From contig CAXXDQ010000004.1 in assembly GCA_963664325.2 (NCBI GenBank), forward strand, positions 768,001 to 832,000: 64,000 nucleotides of DNA, given 5' to 3'. Below, piece by piece: positions 9,117 through 19,992 of this stretch. A program made the translations under genes and the position numbers. Every line of letters starts with the position of its first letter. The first letter of the stretch is position 1. The notes under the pieces were generated by a model that saw only the letters and a list, made by a program, of their open reading frames with translations, did not search any database and had not been told where the DNA came from. The stretch is from Desulfomonilia bacterium (GTDB taxonomy: Bacteria; Desulfobacterota; Desulfomonilia; UBA1062).

Positions 9117-11612
9117 ATGATAAGAAAACATCTATTATTGATATTTATCGTAATGGTCACGGCCATACTGGGCGGGTGCGTCATAAACAGAACACCCGCA
9201 TCCAATGATGTAAACGTGCAGCTGGGTACCACGAAGGATTTCAGCGTATATGCGATACCGGGCGACGGTGCCTATAAATGGACACTGGACGGAGAAGTCC
9301 TGACGGAAACGACCGACAAGTACACCTTCACGGCGACTGTATCTGGCAAGCATGTCCTCATGGTCGAGGTTCCGCCTTCAATAGGCGTCAAGACACAGGC
9401 ATGGACAATCCACGTGAACTTCAAGCCTGTTGCCGATGCGGGGCCAGCCCAGCTCGTGGGCGAGAACGTGCTCGTGACTCTGGACGGGTCGAACTCACAT
9501 GACCCCGACGGCGATATAACTACCTATGCCTGGGTACAGACAGACGGGCCTGAGGTCACGCTTGACGATGCGAGCGCGATTCAGCCGACCTTCACCAGCC
9601 CACCAGTCCCGATAGGCGGGGTGTCCCTGGGCTTCGACCTGACAGTGACTGACTCTACAGGGCTGACTTCCACAGCGAGCACCATCGTGAACGTCTCTTG
9701 GGGCAACCTGCCGCCGACAGCGAACGCAGGCCCGGACCAGACCGTAGATGAGCAGACCCTTGTCACCCTTGACGGTTCAGGCTCGACCGACCCGGACGAC
9801 GGGATAGCAACATACGCCTGGAAGCAGCTTGCAGGCCCGAGGGTGGTACTCTCAGACCCGGCGGCAGTAATGCCTACATTCACGACGCCGGATGTTGGCT
9901 CTTCAGGAGAGGTCATCCAGTTCAAACTGACGGTGACTGACGTGGGCGGACTGAAATCAACGGACACGGTCATCATCAACGTAAGCTGGGTAAACATACC
10001 GCCCGTGGCCAATGCAGGACCTGACCAGACAGTTGCCGAGGGCAGTGTCGTGACGCTCGACGGTTCAGCCTCATCCGACATCGATGACCCGATAACCACA
10101 TATGCCTGGATCCAGACCGCAGGACCGTCGGTCACGCTCTCTAACCCGGCAGCTGTCAAGCCCACATTCACTACGCCGGACGTCAACATAGGCGGGGCGA
10201 TACTGACCTTCCAGCTGACCGTGACCGACAAGGGCGGCCTGCAGTCCACAGACTCAGTGGACATAAACGTCACCTGGGTGAACGCGCCGCCTGTGGCCGA
10301 AGCGGGGCCCAACCAGAATGTAGGCAGATACACAACAGTATACCTCGACGGCACGGGCTCTCACGACCCGGATTCCGACGGCATAGCATCCTATCTCTGG
10401 ACGCAGACCGCCGGCACAACGGTGACCCTTATCAACGCCACTTCGTCAATAGCATCGTTCTTCGCATCACCTGCGATCGGATCGACCTTCACATTCCAGC
10501 TGAAGGTTACCGACCCGAGCGGGCTCAACTCAACAGACACATGCATAGTCAAGATCACCACCGAAGGGCCAGTCTACAAAAAGATCTCCGGCGGGATGAA
10601 CTTCTCATTGGCGATCAAGGCTGACGGAACCCTGTGGGCATGGGGCACCAACGGCTTCGCCCAGCTCGGCGACGGCACCACGGTTAACAAGGAGCTCCCG
10701 GAGCAGATAGGCACCGGCACAAACTGGGTGAGCGTAGCAGCCGGCGACAACTTCAGCCTCGGAATCAAGTCCGACGGCACGCTCTGGGCATGGGGACTCA
10801 ACAACCACGGGCAGCTCGGTCTCGGGGACACCGTGACAAGGCTTGTCCCGACAAAGGTAGGCTCGGCACAGTGGGTCTCAATTGATGCCGGATCCGCCCA
10901 TTCAGTCGGCCTGCTGTCGGACGGCACGCTGCAGGCCTGGGGCTATGGCGCCTACGGCCAGCTCGGAAGCGGCGGCTTGTCTGATCAGCTCACCCCGTCA
11001 TACGTGGGCGACGGCCTTCCAGGCTGGAGGATGATCAGCGCAGGCCGCAACCACACCGCGGCGATCGACGGCAACGGCAAGCTCTGGACATGCGGCCGAA
11101 ACAGCTATGGCCAGCTCGGCATAGGCAGCTACGTCGACCAGGCATCACTCACGCAGGTCGGCACAGCGACCAACTGGGAGTATGCAAGCGCAGGCGATGA
11201 CCATACGGTTGCCAAGACGACCACCGGGCAGCTCTGGTCCTTCGGAAAGAACCTGCAGGGCCAGCTCGGCCTCGGCGACACCACATCAAGGAATGCCCCT
11301 GTGCAGATAGGCACGGCCACAAACTGGAGCTCGGTTGACACCGGCGCCGCGAACACTGCGGCCATCAAGACCGATGGTACTCTCTGGTGCTGGGGCTACA
11401 ACAGCAACGGTCAGATCGGCGACGGCACGACGACCAACAGGACATCACCGACCGCGATCGACGGAACCGGCTGGCTCAGTGCATCTGTCGGATATTTCCA
11501 CACCATGGGGGTCAAGTCAGACGGTACGCTCTGGTGCTGGGGCCTCAACTCCTTCGGACAGCTCGGCCTTGGCGACCTGGTTGACAGGCTTGTCCCGACC
11601 CAGACCTACTGA
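9117..11612 (+). CDS. PKD-like + RCC1-repeat lipoprotein
   Basis: Lipobox LGGC; four PKD-like repeats; about seven W(A/C)WGxNxxGQLGxG RCC1 blades; intact paralog of 1668..4179. Confidence 0.85.
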   Translation: MIRKHLLLIFIVMVTAILGGCVINRTPASNDVNVQLGTTKDFSVYAIPGDGAYKWTLDGEVLTETTDKYTFTATVSGKHVLMVEVPPSIGVKTQAWTIHVNFKPVADAGPAQLVGENVLVTLDGSNSHDPDGDITTYAWVQTDGPEVTLDDASAIQPTFTSPPVPIGGVSLGFDLTVTDSTGLTSTASTIVNVSWGNLPPTANAGPDQTVDEQTLVTLDGSGSTDPDDGIATYAWKQLAGPRVVLSDPAAVMPTFTTPDVGSSGEVIQFKLTVTDVGGLKSTDTVIINVSWVNIPPVANAGPDQTVAEGSVVTLDGSASSDIDDPITTYAWIQTAGPSVTLSNPAAVKPTFTTPDVNIGGAILTFQLTVTDKGGLQSTDSVDINVTWVNAPPVAEAGPNQNVGRYTTVYLDGTGSHDPDSDGIASYLWTQTAGTTVTLINATSSIASFFASPAIGSTFTFQLKVTDPSGLNSTDTCIVKITTEGPVYKKISGGMNFSLAIKADGTLWAWGTNGFAQLGDGTTVNKELPEQIGTGTNWVSVAAGDNFSLGIKSDGTLWAWGLNNHGQLGLGDTVTRLVPTKVGSAQWVSIDAGSAHSVGLLSDGTLQAWGYGAYGQLGSGGLSDQLTPSYVGDGLPGWRMISAGRNHTAAIDGNGKLWTCGRNSYGQLGIGSYVDQASLTQVGTATNWEYASAGDDHTVAKTTTGQLWSFGKNLQGQLGLGDTTSRNAPVQIGTATNWSSVDTGAANTAAIKTDGTLWCWGYNSNGQIGDGTTTNRTSPTAIDGTGWLSASVGYFHTMGVKSDGTLWCWGLNSFGQLGLGDLVDRLVPTQTY

Positions 11613-11667
11613 CAGGCTGGTGAGGAGACCAGAAAAGTTACACACAATAGTAGTGTAATGTAGTCAA

Positions 11668-11704
11668 AGCAGCGGCCGGTGGCTTGAAGCCACCGGCCGC
11701 TGCT
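11668..11704 (+). terminator. Perfect 17-bp hairpin ending the lipoprotein array
   Basis: AGCAGCGGCCGGTGGCT-TGA-AGCCACCGGCCGCTGCT. Confidence 0.65.
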
Positions 11705-11746
11705 GCCATTCAGGGCTGTGAGAATAAAAATCCATGGGGGTGGATC

Positions 11747-12436
11747 ATGCTGTTTGATGCTAAAATAAAAACCTTTCTATCATCTTTCATCTGCATTACA
11801 TTATTCTCAATCCCTCTCTTTGCACTTCCCCCCGAAATAATAAAGGCTATCAAACCATCAAAGGTGCTGGAAATCTCGAAGAACAACAAGAAAGACATCC
11901 TGCACCTCCAATCCGAGGCGAATCTGCCCAACTACGTTAAGCTGCATCTTGACAAGGGCGACCTTAACACCGAGCTGAAAGGCATCATCCTTGAATATGT
12001 CTATGCAGGGCACGGCCTTGAGATATCAGGACCAGGGCTGACCAAATACATGTTCCCTTTCCTCGGCATCGAAGGCAAACCCGTTACCTGTGCCGGAAGA
12101 TTCAAGGCCAATGAAAAGACCGTCCATCCGACACTGACGGGCGTTAAAGAGGTGGAATTCTCCTGCGGGTGCTCCCCTTCCGCCGCATATTTCATCTGCA
12201 ACAATCCGGATATCACACCGCTGCTGACAGATCAGTATAACTCCAGTGCAGCGATCGCATTCAGATATGGAAAAGGATGGGTCATCGCTTTCGACAGGCC
12301 GCTAAAGTGCATACCGGACATGAAGAATTCGAGCGATGCCAAATACGACACCTACAGGTTAGCGATTAATATCGACCAGTGGCTGAGCGGTTTCCCCGTG
12401 CCAGGCACCCCTTTCCAGCTGCATTTACACCGCTGA
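11747..12436 (+). CDS. Hypothetical exported protein
   Basis: Likely start ATG 11747 after GGGGGTGG; hydrophobic N-terminus ending LFA; no family recognised. Confidence 0.6.
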   Translation: MLFDAKIKTFLSSFICITLFSIPLFALPPEIIKAIKPSKVLEISKNNKKDILHLQSEANLPNYVKLHLDKGDLNTELKGIILEYVYAGHGLEISGPGLTKYMFPFLGIEGKPVTCAGRFKANEKTVHPTLTGVKEVEFSCGCSPSAAYFICNNPDITPLLTDQYNSSAAIAFRYGKGWVIAFDRPLKCIPDMKNSSDAKYDTYRLAINIDQWLSGFPVPGTPFQLHLHR

Positions 12437-12502
12437 AATATCCACCAGGGATAACCTGCAGCACACTCAACACTGTTCTCGATCATATCCCTATATCTTT
12501 TG

Positions 12503-13180
12503 TCAAATGTCTGTGGGTGAGCCCATGCTTGTTTGAGCACCGTTGAGGTTCACCCGGTTGTTATGCCGCGACCAGTAAATGGCGGCCAGGATCATGATGG
12601 AAAAAAGACACATCGTTCCACCAACTGAAAGCCTCTGCTGCAGGCCAATATAATGATGCAAGAATCGACCATGTCTCAATGCCCAGATAGTACCGCCTAC
12701 ATCGGCTACGGGAAACAGTGCCCACAAGCAAAATAGCGACTTGTAAGCGGGACGATCAGACCACGCGGGATGGTTCAGGGCTATGAGCACAATTGCCGGG
12801 GCCGACAAGCACGCAGTGGCCACAACAGAGATTATATGAACCGGCGAATGATAATTAAAGGCGCCGCACATCACCATGCCCAGTCCGCAAATGGCGGCCA
12901 GAGCTAAACCTGCCTCTCCCAGGCGACCGAACAGATGGGACCTGATAACCCATGCGGAGACACCCGCCAGGGCCGCACCGGGGAAAATGAGCCCACCCCA
13001 GATCGCGAGGTAACGATAGGGGGAGGAGCTAAGAGCAAGGTTGCTGATCGGTTCCAATCGGGTCACGTAGCCCGGGGTGTTCATGCTGGCGATGAGGACG
13101 GAAAATATGTGCACCACCGGTATTGCAACCATAATGGCCGCGATAAGGGCCGACGGGTCTCGTCGAGATGTCCTGCTCAT
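12503..13180 (-). CDS. DUF998-like membrane protein
   Basis: PGY....ISNLA, H motif and GLQQR motif; several TM segments; starts 2 nt after the lgt stop. Confidence 0.6.
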   Translation of the reverse strand: MSRTSRRDPSALIAAIMVAIPVVHIFSVLIASMNTPGYVTRLEPISNLALSSSPYRYLAIWGGLIFPGAALAGVSAWVIRSHLFGRLGEAGLALAAICGLGMVMCGAFNYHSPVHIISVVATACLSAPAIVLIALNHPAWSDRPAYKSLFCLWALFPVADVGGTIWALRHGRFLHHYIGLQQRLSVGGTMCLFSIMILAAIYWSRHNNRVNLNGAQTSMGSPTDI

Positions 13181-13182
13181 TG

Positions 13183-14040
13183 CTAGCGGCCTTCCGATGA
13201 GGTTGTATTTTTTAAGGGCTGCGCAGCAGGCTCCTGCCTGGTCAGATCATTTTTCGCCCTTGCATAAAGGTATAAAAATATTCCAAATCCCATCATCATA
13301 AAGCACATGACCTGCCCAATGGTGAAGGGGCCGATCACAAACCCTATCTGGGGGTCGGGCTGCCTGAAGAATTCGAGGATAAACCTGAAAAGACCGTAGA
13401 AGAAAATAAATGCGGATAATATCACCCCGTTGATCTTGGATTTATAACTGATGAAATAAAGGATCAGGAACAGCACTAGCCCCTCAAGGAAGGCCTCATA
13501 CAGCTGGGATGGATGCTTTGGTTCAGGCCCCCCGGAAGGAAATACCATGCCCCATGGGACATCGGTGGTGCGGCCGTACAGTTCGCCCTGGATGAAATTC
13601 CCTATCCTTCCGAAGAAAAGGCCCGGAGGCGCACTAATGGCACCGAGATCGGCCAGCATAAGGAATTTTACCCCCCTTCTCCTGCTATATATATATCCTG
13701 CAATCAATAAACCGATCAGGCCTCCATGAAATGACATCCCTCCAAACAATAGCATGGAAACAGGATGGGAAACAAACCATGAGAAGTTGTATACCAGGTC
13801 GTCGAACAGCCTGGCCCCTATCAACAGCCCCGGGATGGGATACATGAAAAGGTCTTTTAATGAGCTCGTTATACCGGAACGACTCCAGCTTTCGATCATC
13901 GGCATTCCGACCTGTCTTCTTTTCGCCTCTGATTTGTATATTACGAAAGCTATTGTGAAACCGATAATATACATCACCCAGTACCACCGGAGATCAACTC
14001 CCCACAAATGGATAAAAGGATCTATATTCGGGTATTTCAT
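13183..14040 (-). CDS. lgt: Prolipoprotein diacylglyceryl transferase
   Basis: Motifs RWY, GARL, GGMSFHGG, GRIGNFIQGELYGR, HPSQLYEA, RFILEFFRQPD; start MKYPNIDP at 14040. Confidence 0.93.
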   Translation of the reverse strand: MKYPNIDPFIHLWGVDLRWYWVMYIIGFTIAFVIYKSEAKRRQVGMPMIESWSRSGITSSLKDLFMYPIPGLLIGARLFDDLVYNFSWFVSHPVSMLLFGGMSFHGGLIGLLIAGYIYSRRRGVKFLMLADLGAISAPPGLFFGRIGNFIQGELYGRTTDVPWGMVFPSGGPEPKHPSQLYEAFLEGLVLFLILYFISYKSKINGVILSAFIFFYGLFRFILEFFRQPDPQIGFVIGPFTIGQVMCFMMMGFGIFLYLYARAKNDLTRQEPAAQPLKNTTSSEGR

Positions 14041-14112
14041 ATCCTGTATGTTTCTCACAACAAAGGCCTCAAAGTCAATATCCCTGCAGTTGGCTATAAG
14101 GAAGGATTTCAC

Positions 14113-14754
14113 GCGGGAGAATGGGTCCCCTGACGAAACCGCGTATCTGTTAACCCACTACCTGGCCGTGTGCAGGGCTGCCATGGAGCGGAACCGCGAC
14201 GAGTCGGCCGAAGCCACTCTTCAGGGCATCAGCGAAGTGCTCGAAGGCACAAGGGCGGAATTCACCATAGTATATCCATGCCACTCGCCGGAGAATCGGC
14301 GCAGGTTCATCATGCGCGTTTCGGCCTTGCAGGAACCCGAAACAGGCATAGTGATTGCCCATAATGACATCACCTGACGCAAGCAGGCGGAAGAGGACCT
14401 GAAGAGGAACGAAAACAAGTACAACACCTTGTTCAACAAGGCATCGATCTCCATGGTGCTGTCGCAGCAGCCGCATTACATCATTGTCGATGTCAATGAT
14501 GCGTGGATAGAATTATTCGGCTATACAAGAGACGAGGCCTCGGCAAGAACGCCATAGAGCTCATCATCAATCGTGATTATGCTGGGCGCACAGAGATGCT
14601 CGCAGAAGTTCAATCCCATGGTCAGATCGTCAAGCGGGAACAAAAGTTATTTACAAAGTCCGGCGATCCGATAACTGTTTTGACAAACATCTTCAAAGTC
14701 GAGATCGGGGACCGCACTTATTTTTTCAGTTCCATACAGGACATCAAAGATTAA
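14113..14754 (+). pseudogene. Degraded PAS/PAC sensor fragment
   Basis: YPCHSP...AHNDIT*RKQAEE (in-frame TGA 14375-14377), then IVDVNDAWIELFGYTRDEA, a 1-nt frameshift (~14537) into LGKNAIEL...SIQDIKD. Confidence 0.75.
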
Positions 14755-14911
14755 CTGACCATCCTGATAAAAATGGAACTCTTGTGCAGTTCACAACAAG
14801 AAAAGATAAAGAACCATTCTGATATTAAAATGTATAAATAATATTACATAAGCCTTGACAAAAACTTAATGGCAGACTAATGACTAGTTAATCAATAGTA
14901 TTAATAGGAAG

Positions 14912-15361
14912 ATGGAAATGATGAAGCTGTCGACCAGGACAAGATACGGGGTAAGGATGATGCTGGATCTGGCGCAGAAGTACGGAAGCGGGCCAGTACT
15001 TCTTAAAGACATTGCGCGCAAGGAGGACCTGTCCGAGAAATACCTGAGCCTGATCGTGCTGCCGCTGAAGGCCTCCGGCTTGCTGAAAGCGCTCAGGGGT
15101 TCAAGCGGCGGCTATACACTGTCAAGGGACCCCTCCAAGATTACACTGAAGGAAATTGTTGAAAGCCTTGAGGGTAAGATCTTTCTTGTGGATTGCGTGC
15201 CAGACCCCAAATCATGCACACGTTCCGGCGTCTGTGCCACAAGGGATGTCTGGCAGGTGGTTGCGGATAAAATGACAGGGACGCTTGAATCGATTACACT
15301 TTCGGACCTGGTGAGGATAAGCAGGGAAAAGTCTGGTGGCAGCAGCAATTACAATATCTGA
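14912..15361 (+). CDS. Rrf2-family transcriptional regulator (IscR/CymR-like)
   Basis: MKLSTRTRYG, RGSSGGYTL, three Cys (C-x6-C-x5-C); TTGACA at 14855 upstream. Confidence 0.9.
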   Translation: MEMMKLSTRTRYGVRMMLDLAQKYGSGPVLLKDIARKEDLSEKYLSLIVLPLKASGLLKALRGSSGGYTLSRDPSKITLKEIVESLEGKIFLVDCVPDPKSCTRSGVCATRDVWQVVADKMTGTLESITLSDLVRISREKSGGSSNYNI

Positions 15362-15371
15362 GAGGAATAAT

Positions 15372-16541
15372 ATGGACAGAATATATCTGGATCATGCGGC
15401 AACGACACCGGTTGCAAAAGAAGTAGCGGAGGCTATGATGCCATGCTTCACCGGAGTCTATGGAAACCCGTCGAGCCTTCATTCATACGGACTCGATGCC
15501 AGGGATATAATGGAGGCATCGAGGCTCAAGATCGCATCCTTCATAAATGCCCGCGAGGACGAGATCGTATTTACGGGTTCGGGTACTGAAAGCGACAACA
15601 CAGTTATAAAAGGAATTGCCTTTGCACTCAGAGAAAAGGGCAATCACATGATAACTACAGCCCTCGAACATCATGCCATACACGAACCCCTGCATTTTCT
15701 TGAGGAGCAGGGCCTTAAGGTAACATACCTCCCCAATGACGGCACTGGACTTGTCGACCCTGGTGATCTGAAAAAAGCGATCACGGACAAGACAATCCTT
15801 GTAAGCATCATGCACGCTAACAATGAGATAGGGACCATAGAGCCTGTCAAAGCCCTTGGCGCGGTCTGCCGCGAGGCGGGTGTCGCTTTTCACACAGATG
15901 CCGTCCAGACGTTCGGACACCTTCCCATTGACGTTATTGATATGAATATTGATCTGCTCAGCGCATCGGCCCACAAGCTTTACGGTCCCAAAGGCGTCGG
16001 ACTGCTCTATATAAGGAAAGGGGTTAAGCTGACGCCCCTTCTTCACGGTGGAGACCAGGAAAAAAGGAGGCGAGCATCAACCCAGAATGTACCGGGAATA
16101 GCAGGTTTCAGCCGGGCAGTGGAGCTTGCTGAAAAAGAGATGCTGCCTGAATCAATAAGACAGGCAGCTCTAAGGGACAGGCTCATCAGGGAACTGCTCG
16201 GGGCCATCCCGGAAAGCAGGCTTAACGGCCATCCTGTCCTCAGGCTCCCGAACAATGCGAACATATCGTTCGCCTATGTCGAAGGTGAGGCCATGCTGCT
16301 GAACCTGGATATGGAAGGTATTGCCGCATCGACAGGCAGCGCCTGTACATCCTCCAGCCTTGAACCGTCGCATGTGCTGACTGCGTGCGGCCTTACCCAC
16401 GAACTGGCCCACGGGTCACTGAGGTTTTCCCTGGGACGGGGCACGACAGAGGAAGAAATCGATCACGTGATCCGGGTATTGCCGCCGGTGATAGCAAAAC
16501 TCAGGGCGATGTCGCCTCTGTATAAAAAAGGAGTAAGATAA
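15372..16541 (+). CDS. iscS: Cysteine desulfurase (IscS/NifS)
   Basis: [20 protein letters not shown] (PLP Lys), STGSACTS (catalytic Cys). Confidence 0.95.
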   Translation: MDRIYLDHAATTPVAKEVAEAMMPCFTGVYGNPSSLHSYGLDARDIMEASRLKIASFINAREDEIVFTGSGTESDNTVIKGIAFALREKGNHMITTALEHHAIHEPLHFLEEQGLKVTYLPNDGTGLVDPGDLKKAITDKTILVSIMHANNEIGTIEPVKALGAVCREAGVAFHTDAVQTFGHLPIDVIDMNIDLLSASAHKLYGPKGVGLLYIRKGVKLTPLLHGGDQEKRRRASTQNVPGIAGFSRAVELAEKEMLPESIRQAALRDRLIRELLGAIPESRLNGHPVLRLPNNANISFAYVEGEAMLLNLDMEGIAASTGSACTSSSLEPSHVLTACGLTHELAHGSLRFSLGRGTTEEEIDHVIRVLPPVIAKLRAMSPLYKKGVR

Positions 16542-16933
16542 TGGATAGTACATGCAGGATTTACAATGAAAAGGTGATGGATCACTTCAAGAATCCGAGA
16601 AACGTCGGTGAAGTCGAAAATGCTGACGCGACAGGTACAGCCGGCAATCCCCAGTGCGGAGATATCATGGAGCTTTCTCTGAAAGTGGATAACGATGTGA
16701 TAACCGACGTGAAATTCAAGACATTCGGCTGCGGTGCGGCCATTGCTACAAGTTCGATGGTGACCGAACTCGTCAAGGGAAAGACCCTCGATGAGGCGCT
16801 TGGGGTTTCCAACAAGGCCGTTGCCGAGGCCCTGGGCGGCCTGCCGCCTATCAAGATGCACTGTTCAGTGCTGGCCGAGGAGGCGCTCCAGGCCGCAATA
16901 GAGGATTACAGGAAAAAGCATCCCAGGGAATAG
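16541..16933 (+). CDS. iscU: Fe-S cluster scaffold (IscU/NifU N-terminal type)
   Basis: [23 protein letters not shown]. Confidence 0.95.
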   Translation: MDSTCRIYNEKVMDHFKNPRNVGEVENADATGTAGNPQCGDIMELSLKVDNDVITDVKFKTFGCGAAIATSSMVTELVKGKTLDEALGVSNKAVAEALGGLPPIKMHCSVLAEEALQAAIEDYRKKHPRE

Positions 16934-16937
16934 CGTC

Positions 16938-17846
16938 ATGGATATTGTAGAAAAGATAAACAAGCTCAAGCGCACCAAGAATGCGGTGATCCTTGCACAT
17001 AATTATCAGCTGCCCGAGGTGCAGGATATTGCCGACTTCGTCGGCGATTCGCTCGGGCTGAGCATTCAGGCCGCGGGCACCGACGCGAAAGTGATAGTGT
17101 TCTGCGGGGTCTGGTTCATGGCCGAAACCGCAAAGATTCTCTCTCCGCAAAAAACGGTGCTGATACCCGACAGGGATGCCGGCTGTCCCATGGCGGACAT
17201 GGTTACCGCCGAGGATGTAAAAAGGCTCAAAAAAGAGCACCCCGGGGCGAAGGTTCTCTGCTATGTCAACACGACTGCCGATGTGAAGGCCGAATGCGAC
17301 CTTTCATGCACCTCCGCAAATGCGCTGGCCATGGTAAACGGGGCGCTTAAAAATGATGATGAGGTCATATTCGTGCCCGACATGCACCTTGCCGATTATG
17401 TGGCACAGCAGGCTGGCAGGGAATTCATCATCTGGAAAGGGTATTGCCCATCGCATGTCAAGATCCTGCCGGAAGACATAATAAGGCTGAAGGCCGAGCA
17501 TAAAGAGGCCCTTGTCATGGCGCATCCGGAATGTCCGGGGGCTGTTCGCGAGCTTGCCGACAAGGTGCTTTCGACAGAGGCGATGTGCACTTTCGCAGCA
17601 GGCTCTAACAATAAGGTTTTCATTGTGGCGACCGAAACCGGCATATTGCATAAACTGAGAAAAGAAAACCCCGGCAAAGTCTTCATCCCGGCGAGTGAAA
17701 AGGCATTGTGCCCCAACATGAAAAGAATAACACTGGAAAAAGTACTGTGGTCACTGGAGGAAATGACATTCGAGGTCAGGATAGAACAGGAAACCATGTT
17801 CAAGGCAAGACAGTGCCTGAGAAGGATGCTGGAATACAGGGCGTAG
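16938..17846 (+). CDS. nadA: Quinolinate synthase
   Basis: ILAHNYQ, GDSL, FCGVxFMAE, AGCPMA, AHPEC, CPNMK. Confidence 0.96.
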   Translation: MDIVEKINKLKRTKNAVILAHNYQLPEVQDIADFVGDSLGLSIQAAGTDAKVIVFCGVWFMAETAKILSPQKTVLIPDRDAGCPMADMVTAEDVKRLKKEHPGAKVLCYVNTTADVKAECDLSCTSANALAMVNGALKNDDEVIFVPDMHLADYVAQQAGREFIIWKGYCPSHVKILPEDIIRLKAEHKEALVMAHPECPGAVRELADKVLSTEAMCTFAAGSNNKVFIVATETGILHKLRKENPGKVFIPASEKALCPNMKRITLEKVLWSLEEMTFEVRIEQETMFKARQCLRRMLEYRA

Positions 17847-17849
17847 ATC

Positions 17850-18617
17850 ATGGAAAATTTTGAAATAACACAGATAGAAAAGGGCAGGCTTATCCCTGCC
17901 CAAAAAACGGTATGCTCCGAGGTCCCGTTTACCATAGAAGTCAACGGCACTGAGATTGCTACAGTCCTCGCGAGCCCCACATACCTTGATGAACTGGCCG
18001 TTGGGTTTTTGTTCACCTCAGGGCTGATTCAAGACCGTTCGGATGTAAAATCCATTTCAGTCGATATGGAGAGGTTCAGGACGTCTGTTTCAATCGACGG
18101 AATTCCTGACGACTTCATTTTTAAGCGTATCTACACATCAGGCTGCGGCAAGGGTGTGATCTTTCACAACCCTCTGGATGTGCTTGGTAAGGCCCCGCTT
18201 GAAAACGGTTTTACGATACCGGCCTCAAAGCTGCTGGAGCTCATGAAGGAGTTTGCAAAGAACCCGCTTGCCCACGGTGAAACCGGCGGGGTCCATGGGG
18301 CGGCAATGGCATCAGTCCGGGAGATACTCATTGTGAGGGAGGATATTGGACGGCACAACGCAATCGACAAGGTCATAGGCGCTGCGTTGGCCGCCGGAAT
18401 ATGTATGTCCGATAAGGTCCTGCTGACAACCGGAAGGGTATCCTCGGAGATATTCTCCAAGGTGCTCAGGGCGAGAATCCCTGTTATAGCCGCACTCGGC
18501 AGCGCGACCGACCAGGCCGTCAAGCTAGCCAGAGTGACCAATATAACGCTTGTGAGCAAGCTTATGGGTCAGCGCGGCGACATATTGAGCGGGGAACAGA
18601 GAATAACGGACAACTGA
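17850..18617 (+). CDS. fdhD: Formate dehydrogenase accessory sulfurtransferase
   Basis: [33 protein letters not shown]. Confidence 0.92.
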   Translation: MENFEITQIEKGRLIPAQKTVCSEVPFTIEVNGTEIATVLASPTYLDELAVGFLFTSGLIQDRSDVKSISVDMERFRTSVSIDGIPDDFIFKRIYTSGCGKGVIFHNPLDVLGKAPLENGFTIPASKLLELMKEFAKNPLAHGETGGVHGAAMASVREILIVREDIGRHNAIDKVIGAALAAGICMSDKVLLTTGRVSSEIFSKVLRARIPVIAALGSATDQAVKLARVTNITLVSKLMGQRGDILSGEQRITDN

Positions 18618-18654
18618 ACGGGCAATGTCCCCACATGTTAATAAGGAGATTATA

Positions 18655-19941
18655 ATGAGTAAAATAGACGATAAACTCAAGATTGAAACCCTGCTGCTGC
18701 ACGGAGGCCAGGAGCCGGACCCGACAACAGGCTCGCGCGCCGTGCCGATTTATCAGACGACTTCATATCAGTTCAAGAACACGGATCATGCGGCAAACCT
18801 TTTCGGTCTCAAGGAATCCGGCAATATCTATACAAGGCTTATGAATCCGACCACCGATGTGCTCGAAAAGCGCATTGCGCTTATAGACGGCGGCATAGCC
18901 TCTCTTGCCGTTGCAAGCGGGCAATCCGCCATAACACTGGCCCTTCTGAACATTGCCCGCTCAGGCGATGAGATCGTATCTGCGGATAACCTTTACGGAG
19001 GGACATATAACCTTTTTCACAACACGTTTCCCAGGTTCGGGATAAAGGTCAGATTCATGAAATCGAACGACCTGGGCGCCATAAAGGCTGCGGTAACAGA
19101 TAAGACAAAGGCTGTTTATGCAGAATCGATCGGAAATCCCAAACTCGATGTCGCAGACCTTGAAGGCATAGCCGCCATCGCACATGCAGCAGGCATACCG
19201 TTTGTTCTGGACAATACTGTGAGCCCTTACCTACTCAGGCCTTTTGATTTCGGGGTCGATATAGCCGTTTATTCGGCGACCAAATTTATCGGCGGACACG
19301 GTACATCAATGGGCGGCATCATTGTCGATTCCGGAAAATTTGATTTTGGAAACGGCAAGTTCCCGCTGATTGCAGGCCCCGATGACAGCTATCACGGACT
19401 TGATTTTCACGCAGCGCTGGGGGCGCAGGCCTATATTGCAAAGGCCCGCGTCATTCTCCTCAGGGATCTGGGGCCGGCCCTGAGCCCGTTTAATGCCTTC
19501 CTTCTTCTGCAGGGGCTCGAAACGCTTCATCTGAGAATGGAAAGGCATTCTGCGAATGCCCTAAAGGCCGCCGAATTCCTGAACAAGCATCCCAAAGTCG
19601 GGTGGGTCAACTATCCCGGTCTTGAAGGGAGCAGCGAAAAAAGAAGGGCTGATAAATACCTGGGCAAGGGCGCCGGGGCTATTATAGGTTTTGGCATAAA
19701 AGGGGGAATCGACGCAGGCAGGGGGTTTATCAACTCGCTTGAACTGACAAGCCACCTCGCTAACATAGGCGATGCAAAGACCCTGGCCATTCATCCCGCG
19801 ACGACAACGCATCAGCAGCTTTCTGCAAACGAACAGCTTGCAACAGGGGTGACGCCTGATTTCATAAGGCTCTCCATAGGCATAGAAAATATCGACGATA
19901 TAATTGCGGATTTTGATCAGGCCCTTGCAAAGGCACGGTAA
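18655..19941 (+). CDS. metY: O-acetylhomoserine sulfhydrylase
   Basis: [49 protein letters not shown]; RBS AAGGAG. Confidence 0.93.
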   Translation: MSKIDDKLKIETLLLHGGQEPDPTTGSRAVPIYQTTSYQFKNTDHAANLFGLKESGNIYTRLMNPTTDVLEKRIALIDGGIASLAVASGQSAITLALLNIARSGDEIVSADNLYGGTYNLFHNTFPRFGIKVRFMKSNDLGAIKAAVTDKTKAVYAESIGNPKLDVADLEGIAAIAHAAGIPFVLDNTVSPYLLRPFDFGVDIAVYSATKFIGGHGTSMGGIIVDSGKFDFGNGKFPLIAGPDDSYHGLDFHAALGAQAYIAKARVILLRDLGPALSPFNAFLLLQGLETLHLRMERHSANALKAAEFLNKHPKVGWVNYPGLEGSSEKRRADKYLGKGAGAIIGFGIKGGIDAGRGFINSLELTSHLANIGDAKTLAIHPATTTHQQLSANEQLATGVTPDFIRLSIGIENIDDIIADFDQALAKAR

Positions 19942-19950
19942 GATTCCCGT

Positions 19951-19976
19951 TGTCCTCCTTCGTAAAAAGGGGGACA
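19951..19976 (+). terminator. Intercistronic hairpin between metY and cysK
   Basis: TGTCCTCCTT-CGTAAA-AAGGGGGACA; no U tract. Confidence 0.4.
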
Positions 19977-19992
19977 GATAAAAGGAGATGAT

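Noticed and set aside
14375-14377. In-frame TGA as selenocysteine or readthrough
   Set aside because: The position corresponds to the Glu of DITERK, not a Cys, and a second lesion follows.
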